DNA from: Candidatus Aldehydirespiratoraceae bacterium
Lineage (GTDB): Bacteria; Actinomycetota; Acidimicrobiia; Acidimicrobiales; Aldehydirespiratoraceae
Assembly (NCBI GenBank): GCA_965198365.1
Contig: OZ240617.1
Location: 195,938-259,937, forward strand
DNA length: 64,000 nucleotides
Reading direction: 5' to 3'
The notes under the pieces: model-generated
The model's database searches: none
What the model saw: the letters and a program-made list of their open reading frames with translations, nothing else
Told to the model about the DNA's origin: nothing
Part shown: piece by piece, positions 52,467-61,648 of the stretch
Numbering within the stretch: position 1 is the stretch's first letter
Layout of the letters: every line of letters begins with the position of its first letter
Made by a program: the position numbers and the translations under genes

Positions 52467-54233
52467 TCACTGGTAGACCGGCTCCATGCCGGTGTAGAGG
52501 TCCTCGGGCTGGAAGATCCTGATGTAGTCCAGTTCGAGTCTGGTGCGGATGGTGTCGTAGCTGCTGGTGGCGAATCCCGATGCCCGCACTACGAGTTCCA
52601 TGGGCCGGTGGGCTATGGCGATGAGTTCCAGCAGCGAGTCGGTGTCGTCTGGATCCAAGTATGTGAAGTACTTGTCCCGGTCAGACCCGTAGTAAGTCAA
52701 CTTTTGTCTGCTGATCGTGTACTCGCCGGTAGTGGAGATCGATATCGGGCTGTAGTTGACTTCAACCTTGTTCTTGGGTCTAACTTCCAGGCTGTCATCA
52801 TGGCCGTCGATCTTCTGAAAGCTCCGATAGCCGCCCGGGGTCCACTCCAGGCCCATAGTCACAGTTATCTTTCCATCGCCGTAGCAGCCAGCATGGTTCA
52901 GCGCAATCTGAAATGATGTACCGGTACCACAATACACGTTCCGCCTTGATGAACTAGTCGGCACTAACGGGGCGTCGTATTTCTGCTTAGGACCATTGAT
53001 ATACGCATGCGAGATGGTCTTTCGGGACCAGGGGGTATGCTCGAAGATGTTTATTTCCATGCTGGCTAATCTGGCGATATCTTCGTAACTGTCCACGACC
53101 ACATTGTACTCGCCATGTAGGTTCTCCAAGCTTTTGACAGGGTTCCCGGCAGAGAAGGCATAGTTCTGGTAGAAACTGTTGAACGCCGTGTTGACGGTGA
53201 ACTTGACCTCGAGATATCCGTACTTGAAGGAGAACTTGCCGTAGGTCGACATTGATCCGCGACAGGAGTGAACCCTCGTCATGTAGTATCGGCCGTCTCG
53301 TATGTTCTGGCAGGGCTCGCCAAGGCTGTCCGTGTCGTTGCACGGGTTGGGATCGTGGTTCCAGAGGTCGCTGTTGAGAGTCGCCATACCGTTGTCCAGG
53401 CCTGCCTTGCATCCGTCCTCGATGGGCGTGCCGTCGAACTCCTCGGCAAAGACCAGGCTGTAGTTCTCCGTGGGCTGAACGAGGTTGGGCAGGCTGTCGC
53501 GCAGGCTCGACGGGGTCTCGGGCCGCTCGGACGGCGGGAGTTCGTCCATGAAGAGACATGTGAACCTGTCCCGGTCCGCATCGGGATAGTCGCCGCACTC
53601 TGAGGCCTGCTCCGACGGGCCGACCACAACGTCGCGATACACCATCAGATCGGAAGCGGAGTCCTCGGCCGAAATTTCTGCCGTTCTGACCGGATGCCCG
53701 TTGACGTAATAGTAGGGCCTGTCGTTGTCATAATCGTCCAAGAACACGTACAACAGGCCGCTGTCCTCTCGCACTCCGAGCAACATGTCAAGGCACACGG
53801 GCTCCTTGTTGCGCCCGCAGAATTGGTGCGTGTCTCCCGACACACCCTCGATCGCGAATGTCACACCGTCTGCATCGCCGTCCCGCGCCTGCACACTCAC
53901 CCTGCCGAAGTACCGGTGGCCGAGCACCAGATCATCATTGTGATCGTCCCAATCCGGACCTTGGAGCGTATTGACACCCCCGTCACAATTGGCGAAGTCG
54001 TGATCGCAGAACAGGAAGATCGTCGGATAGAGGGAGAACTCCCGAGACGTGAACGCCAGGGCGGGGCCGCCGGTGTCGATGGCAGCCACGACCGGGCCGA
54101 GGGTATCGTCCGGGCCGACAGCCCCGGAGGCACTCTCGCTGTCCGTCGCTACGGCACCGAACGTCGTGGCGGCCAGCAGCGCGACGCCCCCCGCCAAGCC
54201 CCCCGCCAGTCGTCGCAGTCGGGCGGAGCTCAT
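52467..54233 (-). CDS. secreted protein with C-terminal GH16-fold (concanavalin-like) domain; catalytic motif reads EINIFE
   Basis: Signal peptide. FAEEFDGTP...LNSDLW, GKFSFKYGYLEVKF and a terminal LDYIRIFQP all parallel the GH16 landmarks FxDEFDG, YGrxEaR and DYVRVY. The ExDxxE position is EINIFE (53040-53057). Confidence 0.65.
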   Translation of the reverse strand: MSSARLRRLAGGLAGGVALLAATTFGAVATDSESASGAVGPDDTLGPVVAAIDTGGPALAFTSREFSLYPTIFLFCDHDFANCDGGVNTLQGPDWDDHNDDLVLGHRYFGRVSVQARDGDADGVTFAIEGVSGDTHQFCGRNKEPVCLDMLLGVREDSGLLYVFLDDYDNDRPYYYVNGHPVRTAEISAEDSASDLMVYRDVVVGPSEQASECGDYPDADRDRFTCLFMDELPPSERPETPSSLRDSLPNLVQPTENYSLVFAEEFDGTPIEDGCKAGLDNGMATLNSDLWNHDPNPCNDTDSLGEPCQNIRDGRYYMTRVHSCRGSMSTYGKFSFKYGYLEVKFTVNTAFNSFYQNYAFSAGNPVKSLENLHGEYNVVVDSYEDIARLASMEINIFEHTPWSRKTISHAYINGPKQKYDAPLVPTSSSRRNVYCGTGTSFQIALNHAGCYGDGKITVTMGLEWTPGGYRSFQKIDGHDDSLEVRPKNKVEVNYSPISISTTGEYTISRQKLTYYGSDRDKYFTYLDPDDTDSLLELIAIAHRPMELVVRASGFATSSYDTIRTRLELDYIRIFQPEDLYTGMEPVYQ

Positions 54234-56002
54234 TGGTAGACGGGCTCCATGCCCGCGTAGCGGTCAACGGGCTGGAATACCCTGATGTAGTCAATCTTGA
54301 GTTTGGTCTGGATTCGGTCGCTGGATGGATTCCCATGAGCGTGAAGCTCAAACTCCAATGGGATGTGAGAGATTCCGATCTTCTCTAAGATCGAATCTGG
54401 ATCGCCGTCGGTTTGGAACTCAAAGAATTGCCCACGTTGGCTGTCATTTATGGCTCGCGCAGTGGAACTGAACGACACTTTTCCGTCCATCGAAACTGTG
54501 CTGGGATATCGTTCTATCGAGATCTTGTCCATGGGTACAACCTTAAGACTGTCGTGGACCCCGTCGACTTTGAAAAAGGTGCGATATCCTCGAGGCGTCC
54601 ACTCGATACCTCTTGTAATGGTCTCGGTAGGATTGCATTCAGCCGCTGGCAACGCTCTGTCGAAGAATGGATCTATGTTTGCTCGGTGATTACGGCATAA
54701 CTGGAGCCATTTGCTACTTCGCATCGGCTCGGTTGTCGTGAACGCCGAATCACCATACGGGTTGATCCATTGATGAGATACCGACCTGCGATGTGAGGGC
54801 AAGAACTCGAACAGATTGATGACAGTTCCGAGACGCTTAGTGATGGCTTCATAGCTGTCGATGGACACGTTGTAGCGGCGATACTTGTGCTTGAGAAGCA
54901 CGAGAGGATCGGCAATGGACAACGCCATATTCAGCCAACTAGCAGTGTTGTGGTCCTTCATATCAGCGGTGTACTTTACTTCAATGTATCCGTACTTGAA
55001 CCTTACTTTGCCGTCGGTGACTATCTCGGGAGAGCACCTGGTGGTGACTGTCATATAGTAGCTGCCGTCTTCGACGTTCGCGCAGGGCACGCCGTTACGG
55101 TCTACATTGTCGCAAGGGTTCGTGTCAAAGTTCCAGACGTCTCCGCTGAGGGTCACCATGCCGTCGTCAATACCGGGCTTGCATCCATCCTCCACCGGCG
55201 TCCCGTCGAATTCTTCCGCGAAGACCAGGCGATAATTTGCCTTGGGCTGGACGAGATTCGGCAACGCGTTGATCATGTCCACGGAAGCACTCGGAGGATC
55301 TGAAGGCAGTGCCTCCGCCAAGAACAGACACGTGTATCTGTCTGCGTTCCGGCTGGGATAATTGGCGCAATCAGGTGACCGTTCTGATGGTCCTACCGAC
55401 ACCTCACGATATACCTTCAGATCCTGATCAGGAACTTCAACGGACAGCTCAACTCTCTGTCTTGGAAAATCGTTGACATAGTGATGCCGATGGAATCCCC
55501 AATCGAGTCCGGGACCCTCCCGAACGATGTCGGTGGTGATGGAGGCCTCGTCAGCAAACAGGAACAGAGCGCCGCTGTCTCCAACTATGCCGACTTCAAC
55601 ATGGGCACACTGGGCTGGATCCCCGTCGCACCACTGATACATCGACTTGTCAGGCAGATCTTCGATCGCGTACCTGAGGCTGTCGACCTCGTTATCTCGC
55701 TCGCGAACCTCCACTCTGTCGAAATACCGGCCGCCGCCGATGTTGTGGTCGGTGTCGTTCCTGCCAGACCAGTCGGCGCCGCGGTAGAGAAACACCTGCG
55801 GCGGCAGGAAGAAGCGGCGGTCAGACGCGAAGCTCAAGGCAGGCTCCCCCTGTCCGATGACCGAAGCTGACGAGGATGCGGCCACCGAAGCGACATCGAG
55901 ACGCGCCACCACGCCTACTACCGTCGCAAGCACAGCGCCAACTGCCAGCAGTCTTGGAAGCCCAGCCACGAACGCCCTCCCTCGGCGAAGATCACAACCC
56001 AC
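54230..56002 (-). CDS. paralog of 52467..54233; GH16-fold domain with VINLFE at the catalytic motif position
   Basis: Same architecture and the same C-terminus (...GMEPVYQ). The stop overlaps the start of the downstream paralog. The motif position reads VINLFE (54806-54823). Confidence 0.65.
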   Translation of the reverse strand: MGCDLRRGRAFVAGLPRLLAVGAVLATVVGVVARLDVASVAASSSASVIGQGEPALSFASDRRFFLPPQVFLYRGADWSGRNDTDHNIGGGRYFDRVEVRERDNEVDSLRYAIEDLPDKSMYQWCDGDPAQCAHVEVGIVGDSGALFLFADEASITTDIVREGPGLDWGFHRHHYVNDFPRQRVELSVEVPDQDLKVYREVSVGPSERSPDCANYPSRNADRYTCLFLAEALPSDPPSASVDMINALPNLVQPKANYRLVFAEEFDGTPVEDGCKPGIDDGMVTLSGDVWNFDTNPCDNVDRNGVPCANVEDGSYYMTVTTRCSPEIVTDGKVRFKYGYIEVKYTADMKDHNTASWLNMALSIADPLVLLKHKYRRYNVSIDSYEAITKRLGTVINLFEFLPSHRRSVSHQWINPYGDSAFTTTEPMRSSKWLQLCRNHRANIDPFFDRALPAAECNPTETITRGIEWTPRGYRTFFKVDGVHDSLKVVPMDKISIERYPSTVSMDGKVSFSSTARAINDSQRGQFFEFQTDGDPDSILEKIGISHIPLEFELHAHGNPSSDRIQTKLKIDYIRVFQPVDRYAGMEPVYQ

Positions 56003-56287
56003 AACACAGACAAATGGATGAATGGATTCTAGGCCGGTTCAATGATGTGGATCAACGACTGAGTGCAGCAGCCTTTCCAGCCGGGCAGCCGGCGCCACTG
56101 AGGTGACCAGCAAGCCCCTCGGGGCTCAAATGCGTTGGCGCCCCCGTCTCTACTGGGTGTCTATGGGCCCGCTCCTTGCTGTATCTCGCGGTCCGGTCGA
56201 GCCCCAGCCCGCCGACTGACGAGCCATTTGGGCCATCAAATGTGCAACACCCCAGCGCTGCATTAATGAGCAAGTAGTGTGTAACTT

Positions 56288-56485
56288 ATGGCGATCTTGT
56301 ATAGTCCTGATCGACAGGGAGTGGTTTGGATGAGTCTGATGATTGGCACCATCGTCGCCCACAACGACCCCACCGCGATCGGAACCAGCATCACCGAACT
56401 CCTGGGGCCCGCCATCGTCGAAGCCCCCGAAACCGGCATGTGGGTCACTGCTAGCGCTCTAATAGAACGAACTTGGAGGAAATAA
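56288..56485 (+). pseudogene. fragment paralogous to the second Cache-like module of the 40091..41257 lipoprotein
   Basis: IVAHNDPTAIGTSITELLGPAIVEAPETGMWVTA compares with ILTHFDPALIGTDVEDLLGPAVRNATADGVWITA, about half identical by eye. Only 65 codons, with no signal peptide. Confidence 0.45.
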
Positions 56486-56486
56486 C

Positions 56487-57947
56487 ATGAGAGGAAATAA
56501 CATGAGAAGCAGAAAGACTCGGATTCTGGGTTTACTCTCAGCGGTGGTACTGATGGCTGTTGTAATATCAGCGACGTCGCTCACCGCGTCAGCAGTCAGC
56601 AATAGTGACTTTACGTTGCGGTGCAGGCCGGGGACGGACAATTCCGAAGCAGAGCCCACCTACGTCACCGAGGGGGATGACTTCGACCTTCAGGTGAAGT
56701 GGTTAAACCGACGAGGCACCACCGGAAAATGGCGTGTCTCATGGGATACCAATGATGACAATCCTGTGTCGGCTAGACATAGCGTCGACTATAATCGTAG
56801 ACACGATCAACAGCAGAGGAAGTCGGTCCTCTATTCCACCATCAACCACACTTTCCAGACGATCGAGGATGACCTGTTCGAGGGACCTGAGACCTTCGAA
56901 GCAGGGATGTATTGGGCGCGCAAGGAGGGCACCTCAAACTCAACGTCGCTGTACTGCGCTGTAGAAATCAGAGACGACGATCCACTAAAGGTGACCTATA
57001 CCAGGCTTCTCAATACGCCTAACCAGGGGTCCTCCTTCAAGGCAGGGGAAACTCTCAAGATAGGCACATATTTCAACGGGTCGGTCCAAGCCAGCGATGG
57101 CTCATACCTCGTATTGAAGTTTAAAGACGCAGACGACAACGTCCGATATAGGAGAGCCTACTACAGCGATAGCGCGACTAGATCCGTAGTAGGTAGAACT
57201 ACCTGGGCGGTCTTTACGTACACGGTGCAACCTGGCGACTTGAACTCATTAGACATCGCCGTGAATTCGGGATTCCGCGGTGACCCCATTTACGGTGTCT
57301 ACACCAACGGAACGGTCTCGGATGTACAGCCCCAAGAACAAGGTAACGTCGACCCATTAAAGGTGTGGGCCTCAGATGCGGTGGGTAACGGAGTTTTTGC
57401 CATCGACGGTTTGACCGGTCATCCCAGGATTACCGGCATAGAGGTCATCACTTCGCCCGAAGCGCCAGATGCCCCATGGGAAGTCGGAGAAGACAGCAGC
57501 TCTGGGGACTACGAAGGTAGCGAATATTTCGATAGCTGGCACGGCCAAACCTATCGGGCAGGTGACGAGATCGAATTCCGGGTGGCTTTCGATCACCCCG
57601 TAGCTGTTTCGGGGGATGTTGGGATCAGCCTTAGCTTGAACGGCTGGCGGGGCGCCAATTACAAGAACTCCTCCGGACACATACCTTTCACCGTCCACGC
57701 GAATTACAGGGGGAGAACATACTCCAGCCACTTGGTGTTCGGATACACGGTGAAGGCTTCCGATCTGGCCAGCGACGGGTTCAAAGTCCAGAATGGAGGA
57801 ATTTCCGACGATGGGCTCACAATATACGGATTCCACGGGTCGGGAAGGATCTTCAATACCTCTGGCAAAGCTGTGAACCCAGGTTTGCGGGCACGACGTC
57901 ATCCGATAGGGTGGACGGGCGTCCGTACGTCGAAAATATCTCGATAA
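56487..57947 (+). CDS. secreted repeat surface protein, N-terminal part (probably one gene with 57911..61096)
   Basis: Signal peptide MRSRKTRILGLLSAVVLMAVVISATSLTASA. Contains modules of the type P.I..I.(I/V)(T/I)S.P....Y..G(D/E).I...V.F, also present in the next ORF. Confidence 0.7.
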   Translation: MRGNNMRSRKTRILGLLSAVVLMAVVISATSLTASAVSNSDFTLRCRPGTDNSEAEPTYVTEGDDFDLQVKWLNRRGTTGKWRVSWDTNDDNPVSARHSVDYNRRHDQQQRKSVLYSTINHTFQTIEDDLFEGPETFEAGMYWARKEGTSNSTSLYCAVEIRDDDPLKVTYTRLLNTPNQGSSFKAGETLKIGTYFNGSVQASDGSYLVLKFKDADDNVRYRRAYYSDSATRSVVGRTTWAVFTYTVQPGDLNSLDIAVNSGFRGDPIYGVYTNGTVSDVQPQEQGNVDPLKVWASDAVGNGVFAIDGLTGHPRITGIEVITSPEAPDAPWEVGEDSSSGDYEGSEYFDSWHGQTYRAGDEIEFRVAFDHPVAVSGDVGISLSLNGWRGANYKNSSGHIPFTVHANYRGRTYSSHLVFGYTVKASDLASDGFKVQNGGISDDGLTIYGFHGSGRIFNTSGKAVNPGLRARRHPIGWTGVRTSKISR

Positions 57948-60900
57948 TCTCCACGCCAGCCGTGGACCAAACTTACACGGATGGCGAAACCATCAAGGTT
58001 GAGCTCGACTTCAGTGAGGAAGTCGATGTGGAGGGCGCTCCGCTGCTGCCTCTGGAGATGTACGACTCGGACAGCGACACCGATGGCTATCGGCTGTTGT
58101 CCTACGCATCGGGTACGGGAACCGACAAGGTGGTCTTGGCCTATCAGGTCCAAGAGGACGACTCAGATACCAACGGCGTCGCCACACGACTTAACGGATT
58201 TGACTTCAATATCGCCGGTGGAACTTTCAAGGCCAAGGGCACCGACGTGGAATTCGATTCCCGGTTCGTCGGCCTCGTGGATGACTCTGACCACAAGGTA
58301 GACGGTTCCATCGGTGCGCCGTATATCACCGACATTGACATCACTTCGCTCCCCGGAGAGGACGGCACCTACGGCATTGGTGACAAGATTGAGATAGAGG
58401 TTTCTTTCAACAAGGACTTCTCGGTTAGCTATCCCGATAATTCGGACGTGTCCGAGGATTCTTCAGCCGACTCGGGGCTAGAGAGTAGCTCGTCGGCCGT
58501 CGCCGATGAGACGGATCAACCGGTAGTGTTACAAACGTCGCCCACACTGGAAGTCCAGGTAGGAGAAAAGTTCATACGGTTCCCGTTGACGACCACCGAA
58601 GCCTCAAAGCTGACTTTTGCCTACAAGGTAGGCGTTGGAGACGAGGATCGTGACGGCATCTCCATCGGCGCGAACGTGCTGGCGTCCCATGACGCCACCA
58701 TCGCTGGCGACATTGGCAATGGAACCATCAGAGCCGCCGCCTTGGACCATGACGCTCTCACTGACGACAGAAGCCACAGGGTGGATGGCCGGCTCTTGGT
58801 GCCGGAGAATTCGCCGGCGGGGACCGTTGTGGGCGATCCCGACATTCTGAGTGCGCCCTATTCCATTAGCGGAGGCGATGCTGCGTTCTTCACCGTCGAT
58901 TCGGATACAGGCGAATTGTCGACGTCGGAGACGGCGGAGTCGCTGGACTACGAGACGAAGTCCACCTACTCCTTCCAATACACAGGCAACAGCATCTCCA
59001 GAACCATTACCGTCCACGTGACCGACGTGGACGAGGAAGGCTCCATCACTCTGAATGCCGACTCCCATAAGGCTGGGGACACACTGGTGCCCACGCTCAC
59101 CGACCCGGACGGCGGCGTGATGAATATCAGTTGGCAGTGGCAGGCCTCCCTGCATGGGGATCCTTGGACAAATCTCCCGTGGGGCAGGGCCAAGGACTTC
59201 CGCGTGGACGGTGATACCGCGACTGGCCTTCTGCGGGTCAAAGCGAATTACACCGACAACTTTGGCTCCGGCAAAGAGGTCTATTCGGCCCACTCTCGTG
59301 ACAGGGATATTCCGTACGCATGGGATACTGAGATCACCTCTAGCCCGGAATCGGGGAACACCTACGAACTAGGTGAAGTTATCGAGGTCTTGGTGCAGTA
59401 CACCGAGCACGTCCAAATCACGGGCACACCCGAGCTGGAATTGACCCTCGGCGACGAAACGGTGTCAGCCAGCTTCGACCGTGTTGAAAGAACTGGCAAT
59501 GTGTACTTCCAGTACACGGTGCAAAGGGCTGACTACGACAACAACGGTATTTCCGTTGCTGCGGACCCGCCGATTGACCTGAACGGCGGCGAGATTGTCG
59601 ACTTCGGAGGCAACGCAGCCAAGCGGGGAATAGCGACTCAGTTGAATGACCAGTCGGGGCACAAGGTGGATGCCAGGCTCTCGGTGCCGGAGAATTCGCC
59701 CAGGGGGACTCTCGTGGGCATTCCCGGCGATTTAACGGGGCCCTATTCCATTAGCGGGGAAGATGCTAAGTCTTTCTTCGTCGATTCCCTGACGGGCGAA
59801 TTGTCGACGGAGGAGTCGCTGGACTACGAGAGGCAGTCCTCCTACTCCTTCCAATGGACAGGCGGCAGCGAGTCCAAACACGTGACCGTCCTCGTGACCA
59901 ACGTGGACGAACCAGGCTCCATCTTTCTGAATGCCAGCTTCCATAACGATGGGGACACGCTGTTGCCCGTGCTCACCGACCCGGACGGCGGGGTCGGTGA
60001 GACGAGGATCAGCTGGCAGTGGCAGGCCTCCAATCAAGGGGGACCTTGGGTCGACATCCCGTCTGGCAGGAACAAGGGTTTCACCGTGGGCAGTGGTAAC
60101 GCGAATACCCTTCTGCGGGTCAAGGCGGTTTACACCGACAACCAAGGCCCCGACAAAGTGGCCTACTCTGAACCCTCTCGTGACCTGGTAGAACCGCAGA
60201 TATATGAAACTGTGATCACCTCTAGCCCGGAATCGGGGGACGTCTACGACATCGGTGAAGTCATCGAGGTCAAGGTGGAGTTCACCGAGCATGTCCAAGC
60301 CACAGGCCCGGTCAGTCTGGATTTGACCATCGGCGACAGCACGGTGGAAGCCATCTTGGACCGCGTTGAATCTGACGGCAGGGTGTACTTCGTGTACACG
60401 GTGCAAACGGGTGACTACGACGACAACGGTGTTTCCGTTGCTGCGGGCCCGTCGATTGACCTGAACGGCGGCCGGATTGCCGACTTCGGAGGCAACGAGG
60501 CCACGCTGGTATTGACAGCAACGGAGGCAATAGGCGACCACTCATTCCACAAGGTGGATGCCAGGCTGAAGTTGAGGGTGGATGAGAATTCGCCCGCGGG
60601 GACTCCTGTGGGCATCGCCAATCCACTCGGACTGGAAGGGCCCCATTCCATCAGCGGGGATGATGCTGCGTCCTTCAGCGTCGATTCCACAACGGGCCAA
60701 TTGTCGACGGTTGAGCTGCTGGACTATGAGACGAAGTCCTCCTACTCCTTGCAATGGACAGGCAACGGCGTGACCAATGACATCACCGTCCTCGTGGGCA
60801 ACGTGAACGAACCGGGCTCCGTCACTCTGAATGTCACCAGCCACGCGTCTGGGACGCAGCTGGTGCCCACGCTCACCGACCCGGACGGCGTTGCGTCGAT

Positions 60901-61096
60901 TGAAACTTGGCAGTGGGAGATCGCCTGGACACCGGGCGCTTGGTTCGACCTCCCGTACGGCACGGGGGTGAAGGACTTCACCGTGGACGGCGATGCCGCG
61001 CCAGGCCAGTTGCGGGTCAAAGTGTTGTACGTCGACAGCCTTGGCGAAGGGGTAACGCTGTATTCGAATGTCTCATCACCGGTGGGAGGCCTCTAG
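57911..61096 (+). CDS. repeat surface protein, C-terminal part: 3 x ~265-aa super-repeats (Ig-like module + cadherin-like module + PxxGxxLxPxLTDPDG module)
   Basis: No signal peptide of its own. Its frame is open well upstream of the GTG at 57911 and overlaps the end of the previous ORF. Repeated (H)(K/R)VD(G/A)RL..(P)ENSP and LTDPDGG..ISWQWQ blocks. Confidence 0.7.
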   Translation: MDGRPYVENISIISTPAVDQTYTDGETIKVELDFSEEVDVEGAPLLPLEMYDSDSDTDGYRLLSYASGTGTDKVVLAYQVQEDDSDTNGVATRLNGFDFNIAGGTFKAKGTDVEFDSRFVGLVDDSDHKVDGSIGAPYITDIDITSLPGEDGTYGIGDKIEIEVSFNKDFSVSYPDNSDVSEDSSADSGLESSSSAVADETDQPVVLQTSPTLEVQVGEKFIRFPLTTTEASKLTFAYKVGVGDEDRDGISIGANVLASHDATIAGDIGNGTIRAAALDHDALTDDRSHRVDGRLLVPENSPAGTVVGDPDILSAPYSISGGDAAFFTVDSDTGELSTSETAESLDYETKSTYSFQYTGNSISRTITVHVTDVDEEGSITLNADSHKAGDTLVPTLTDPDGGVMNISWQWQASLHGDPWTNLPWGRAKDFRVDGDTATGLLRVKANYTDNFGSGKEVYSAHSRDRDIPYAWDTEITSSPESGNTYELGEVIEVLVQYTEHVQITGTPELELTLGDETVSASFDRVERTGNVYFQYTVQRADYDNNGISVAADPPIDLNGGEIVDFGGNAAKRGIATQLNDQSGHKVDARLSVPENSPRGTLVGIPGDLTGPYSISGEDAKSFFVDSLTGELSTEESLDYERQSSYSFQWTGGSESKHVTVLVTNVDEPGSIFLNASFHNDGDTLLPVLTDPDGGVGETRISWQWQASNQGGPWVDIPSGRNKGFTVGSGNANTLLRVKAVYTDNQGPDKVAYSEPSRDLVEPQIYETVITSSPESGDVYDIGEVIEVKVEFTEHVQATGPVSLDLTIGDSTVEAILDRVESDGRVYFVYTVQTGDYDDNGVSVAAGPSIDLNGGRIADFGGNEATLVLTATEAIGDHSFHKVDARLKLRVDENSPAGTPVGIANPLGLEGPHSISGDDAASFSVDSTTGQLSTVELLDYETKSSYSLQWTGNGVTNDITVLVGNVNEPGSVTLNVTSHASGTQLVPTLTDPDGVASIETWQWEIAWTPGAWFDLPYGTGVKDFTVDGDAAPGQLRVKVLYVDSLGEGVTLYSNVSSPVGGL

Positions 61097-61130
61097 GCCC
61101 AAGGATCGGACAGCACACTAGGTCCGGACA

Positions 61131-61156
61131 GTGGCTCGGCACTCTGGCCGAGCCAC
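61131..61156 (+). terminator. stem-loop GTGGCTCGGC-ACTCTG-GCCGAGCCAC, 35 nt after the stop at 61096
   Basis: Perfect 10-bp GC-rich stem. No T tract follows, which is the I-shaped type common in high-GC Gram-positives. Confidence 0.55.
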
Positions 61157-61559
61157 CGTCGCGTGCGATCCTTGATCGCCACTACGACTACTTGTTCCGC
61201 ACAACGTCAGACGATGATTTGGCGCAGATAACAGACCTCACCCTGTCGTTGTCGATGAACGGCAAAGGCGCAGTAGGAACCTTGGCGACAAACAACGACC
61301 GGCCCGGCCCCCCCGACCCCGCCCGCTGAACCCGTCGCGGCGGGGTTCGGGTTTGGGGGGTTTGCGACCGGTTTACGACCGCTCGTGTTTTGGATGCTGG
61401 CGGCCTGCTGAACGGACTCGAAGGGTATTGGAGAACTCCTACGACACCTAACCCTCAACCCCAACCGCGACTACCAACCCCAAAACCCACCCTAAAAACC
61501 CCGCCCCGCGCAGGTTCACAAGTTTCCTATGTCTTGACACATCACAAAGCGGAGACGGT

Positions 61560-61648
61560 GGGATTCGAACCCACGAACGCCTTACGACGTTACTTCCTTA
61601 GCAGGGAAGCGCCTTCAACCTGGCTCGGCCACGTCTCCAGAGTTGTGA
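61560..61648 (-). tRNA. tRNA-Ser (anticodon GCT), class II with long variable arm; CCA not encoded
   Basis: Reverse complement reads GGAGACGTGGCCGAGCCAGGTTGAAGGCGCTTCCCTGCTAAGGAAGTAACGTCGTAAGGCGTTCGTGGGTTCGAATCCCACCGTCTCCG. Anticodon loop is CT-GCT-AA. Confidence 0.9.

Noticed and set aside
57878-57947. Programmed -1 ribosomal frameshifting as the explanation for the 56487/57911 ORF overlap.
   Set aside because: No X-XXY-YYZ slippery heptamer or obvious downstream pseudoknot was seen in the overlap. A simple indel (mutation or sequencing error) is more parsimonious.
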